DNA from: a virus
Strand: one strand, 5' to 3'
DNA: 64,000 nt
IMG/VR virus record: IMGVR_UViG_3300027734_002590
Span: 1 to 64,000 of that record
Every line of letters starts with the position of its first letter. Within the stretch, counting starts at the first letter, position 1. The translations under genes and the position numbers were made by a program. Under the pieces are notes generated by a model. It worked only from the letters and a program-made list of their open reading frames with translations. It made no database searches and had not been told where the DNA came from. Shown piece by piece: positions 61,469 through 64,000 of the stretch.

Positions 61469-61700
61469 ACACTCTCCGGCTATGCCTGTCCAGGGCCCGA
61501 ATGGACGTCCCTAAGGAGAGTGTGTATTAAAACATACTGATAACGCCTGCTATGCAGTACCAGACTATGGGTTTGGCCGTCCCTTTCAATATGCTTTAAT
61601 ACGCTGTAATTTTTCATCTCACAAAAGAGACTTCATCCTACAGGCCGCCCGTTTACTACTGTTTAGCGTGTGTAGCGAGGACCTCGTTTCCCCTACCACG
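61469..61700 (-). ncRNA. three abutting small structured RNAs
   Basis: Closing stems ACACTCTCC/GGAGAGTGT (61469-61523), GTATTAAAGCATATTGA/TCAGTATGTTTTAATAC (61524-61602), and two hairpins in 61603-61700. Confidence 0.55.
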
Positions 61701-61707
61701 TTGTACT

Positions 61708-61872
61708 TTAGTTTACACTAAACGTTGGACATTTGTTCAACGATTCACTGTAAATTTTAGCACGTTCAAACTTATTTTGAATAAGTTTTTGAAATTGTTC
61801 TTTAGTTAGAACACTTTCATAAGCCTGTTCAACAATTCGTTCATTCAATTTTTCGTAATCTATCTCTGTCAT
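61708..61872 (-). CDS. small hypothetical protein, first gene after the attenuator
   Basis: AAGGA RBS, start ATG 61872 (MTEIDYEKL). Confidence 0.55.
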   Translation of the reverse strand: MTEIDYEKLNERIVEQAYESVLTKEQFQKLIQNKFERAKIYSESLNKCPTFSVN

Positions 61873-61891
61873 TTTTTCCTTTTGTAAAAAC

Positions 61892-61921
61892 AAAAAACCC
61901 TGGGTTTTTAATCCAGGGTCC
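61892..61921 (-). terminator. intrinsic terminator (attenuator) at head of tRNA operon
   Basis: ACCCTGG-ATTAAAAAC-CCAGGGT then TTTTTG. Confidence 0.85.
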
Positions 61922-61948
61922 TTGAAGTTTTGAAATGTAATTAAGTTG

Positions 61949-62098
61949 TTACTTAACCATCCCAGCCCCCCGGACCCTTGTAATCTCTACTGGTAAACGA
62001 TCTGAATGTAGACTATTGATCGCTAACCAATAAGAGGGCATTACGCCGCCTTGTTTGGCTATCGTATTCAGTTGTCTAAAATTACAGGTTGCTTTCAT
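61949..62098 (-). CDS. 49-aa leader peptide containing all 20 amino acids
   Basis: MKATCNFRQLNTIAKQGGVMPSYWLAINSLHSDRLPVEITRVRGAGMVK; GGAAAC upstream; antiterminator strand AGGGTCC at 61972-61978. Confidence 0.75.
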   Translation of the reverse strand: MKATCNFRQLNTIAKQGGVMPSYWLAINSLHSDRLPVEITRVRGAGMVK

Positions 62099-62156
62099 TT
62101 CTGTTTCCAGTTCTCTTTCTTTAAAAATTACATCGTTATCTCTAACGTATGTGTAT

Positions 62157-62377
62157 ATTGTATGATCTTTTGCACTTGCTGTCAACCCCTACTTGCATCT
62201 TTTTTGTTGTATTTTTACAACGGTGATTTGCCTGTAGACAGTTTCTAGCGTATGTCTATATTATGTACTTATTTATCTCTCTTGTCAACCCCTATATAAT
62301 AGGCCGATTTTGAATCGTTGTAAATTTACAACAGTGATGTTATAATTTATATTAGCATCAAGAACGCGGCCTGTCAA
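62157..62377 (-). promoter_or_regulatory. three tandem sigma70-type promoters upstream of the leader
   Basis: TTGACA-17-TACAAT (62157-62185), TTGACA-17-CATAAT (62260-62288), TTGACA-17-TAATAT (62349-62377). Confidence 0.75.
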
Positions 62378-62415
62378 TCTGAGCCGCTGTAAATAATAAC
62401 AACAAAGGAACTTAT

Positions 62416-62961
62416 ATGCAAATCTACAGACTCGAATCAGATGCCTTTGTAGTCACGTTCAACCAATTCAAAGACAACCGAGGATGGTTTTCTGAAACAT
62501 GGTCAGACAAGTGGCTACCAGACCTAGGCATTCCATCTCCCTTCGTCCAACAGAACACAGTTTGGACAGAAAATAAAAATACCATTAGAGGATTACATGC
62601 ACAATCTGCACCAGCAGAGGTTGCAAAATTTATCCGAGTGATTAAAGGCAGTATCTTAGATGTGTTTGTCGATGCTCGTCAACAAAGTCCAACATTTGGT
62701 AAATGGTTTAGTTATGAACTGAACGAATCTACTCCACAGATACTTTACATTCCAACTGGTTTTTATCACGGGTATATGACTTTAACAGATGATGTTATTG
62801 TTCACTATCAACAAGATGCATTCTTTGAGCCTGCATATGAGCAAGGTTTGATATGGAATGACCCAACACTACAAATTGATTGGCAGTTAAACGGTGCAGT
62901 ACCCGTTGTTTCAACAAAAGATGCACAACAACAGACTTGGGATCAAGTCCACAAATTTTAA
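62416..62961 (+). CDS. rmlC: dTDP-4-dehydrorhamnose 3,5-epimerase
   Basis: DNRGWFSE, IRGLH, SPTFGKW, IPTGFYHG, WNDP. Confidence 0.92.
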   Translation: MQIYRLESDAFVVTFNQFKDNRGWFSETWSDKWLPDLGIPSPFVQQNTVWTENKNTIRGLHAQSAPAEVAKFIRVIKGSILDVFVDARQQSPTFGKWFSYELNESTPQILYIPTGFYHGYMTLTDDVIVHYQQDAFFEPAYEQGLIWNDPTLQIDWQLNGAVPVVSTKDAQQQTWDQVHKF

Positions 62962-62970
62962 GAGGCAAAA

Positions 62971-63639
62971 ATGGCAAGCAAAATAGCAATGACAGCAATT
63001 CACACTCATCACATTAAGCCGATGAGTGATATGACTTGGGAAGGCAACAAACTTCAATACGCTGAAAAATGGGGATATGATACGTATGTTCGCACAGAAA
63101 GCACAATGGAATGGCATCCAAGTTACGAAAAAATATTCTTTCAACTGCAATTATTAGAAGAGCATCCAGAACACGAATGGTTGTACTGGAGTGGTGCTGA
63201 CAGTATCATCACTAACTTTAACATTCCGTTAGAAACGTTTGTTGATGATGACTACCATATTATTATGGCTACTGACCGTTTGAATATTAATGCAGACAGT
63301 TATTTGATTAAGAATAGTCCAGAAGCTCGTGCATATTGGAAACACATTTGTGATCTAGCACCTCAATATAATGCTCATCCTAGTGGAACTTGGGAACAGC
63401 AGGCTCTTATTGATACTATTGCAGAATATAGACACTTGTGGAAATTTATGCCACAGCGTCATATGAACGCCTATCTATACAGAGAAGTTTATCCACAACA
63501 CTATATTACAGGCACACATGACTATCTCGGCTATGACGGACAGTGGCAACCGGGCGATTTCCTATTACATTGGCCCGGTACACCTATGCAATTACGTATG
63601 CAGATGATTCCTCATTTTATGCAAATGGTGGTTAGATGA
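62971..63639 (+). CDS. glycosyltransferase (GT34/GMA12-MNN10-like)
   Basis: YAEKWGY, ADSIITN, WEQQAL, PQRHMNAY, GDFLLHWPG. Confidence 0.8.
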   Translation: MASKIAMTAIHTHHIKPMSDMTWEGNKLQYAEKWGYDTYVRTESTMEWHPSYEKIFFQLQLLEEHPEHEWLYWSGADSIITNFNIPLETFVDDDYHIIMATDRLNINADSYLIKNSPEARAYWKHICDLAPQYNAHPSGTWEQQALIDTIAEYRHLWKFMPQRHMNAYLYREVYPQHYITGTHDYLGYDGQWQPGDFLLHWPGTPMQLRMQMIPHFMQMVVR

Positions 63640-64000
63640 AGGTATTTGTTACCGGGAGTGCCGGATTTATTGGTAGCAAACTAGTAACTTACTTTAAGTC
63701 TCAAGGACACGAGGTTGTACATCCTATACGTCAAGAACTTGATCTAGCTAACTTTCAACAAGTAGATAAGTTTTTTAATGAACAGAGTATAGATGCAGTA
63801 GTTCATTGTGCTGTTGCAGGCCGTACTAACATGGTCGGACAGGATAATGCCATCTCAGGTGAGATCGTTAACATGATCAGTAACTTGTATAGAAACAAGG
63901 GCAAGTTTAATCGATTGATTAACGTAGCTAGTGGATACGAGTTTGATCACTTTCGTCCAAATAATTTAGTTAGCGAAGCAACTATTGAATCGGTGTTGCC
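63636..64000 (+). CDS. NAD-dependent epimerase/dehydratase (3' end runs off window)
   Basis: MKVFVTGSAGFIGS...VVHCA. Confidence 0.85.
   Translation, partial: MKVFVTGSAGFIGSKLVTYFKSQGHEVVHPIRQELDLANFQQVDKFFNEQSIDAVVHCAVAGRTNMVGQDNAISGEIVNMISNLYRNKGKFNRLINVASGYEFDHFRPNNLVSEATIESVL

Noticed and set aside
61469-61523. HDV-like/theta ribozyme next to a tRNA
   Set aside because: Nested double-pseudoknot topology could not be built, and the tRNAs already encode CCA.
62099-62185. 78-aa version of the leader ORF starting at TTG 62185
   Set aside because: That TTG is the -35 box of the proximal promoter; ATG 62098 has the RBS-like sequence and lies within the predicted transcript.
1-64000. Stop-codon reassignment / amber suppressor tRNA
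   Set aside because: Conserved genes are intact in code 11, TAG/TGA/TAA all end genes, and no canonical CTA or TCA anticodon tRNA was found.
1-64000. CRISPR array, rRNA, integrase or transposase
   Set aside because: No regularly spaced direct repeats or recognisable motifs seen by eye.

Overview
64 kb of a large tailed dsDNA phage genome (AT-rich, densely coded, mostly minus strand, standard genetic code). The host is probably Gram-negative, judging by the spanins, LPS-sugar genes and sigma70-type TTGACA-17-TATAAT promoters. Left to right: peptide deformylase and DnaJ; a lysis module (holin, spanins, GH19 endolysin); PhoH, clamp loader, GroES and a DnaE fragment; large virion/tail proteins; degenerate SufC/SufD, SOD, UvsE, QueD and ClpP; a long run of small early genes; dCMP deaminase and DnaK; methyltransferases, 2OG-Fe(II) oxygenases and sugar enzymes. 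A ~15 kb island (47.2-62.2 kb) carries 30 CCA-encoding tRNAs covering all 20 amino acids, one aberrant tRNA-like RNA, several unexplained stem-closed ncRNAs, candidate RNA-repair enzymes and an RNA polymerase omega homologue. Top finding: the head of the tRNA array is preceded by a sigma70 promoter, a 49-codon leader ORF containing all 20 amino acids (39 distinct codons) and a mutually exclusive antiterminator/terminator pair. This looks like a pan-codon, ribosome-stalling attenuator that would switch on phage tRNAs when any host tRNA is depleted. All calls were made by eye; no database searches or folding programs were run.
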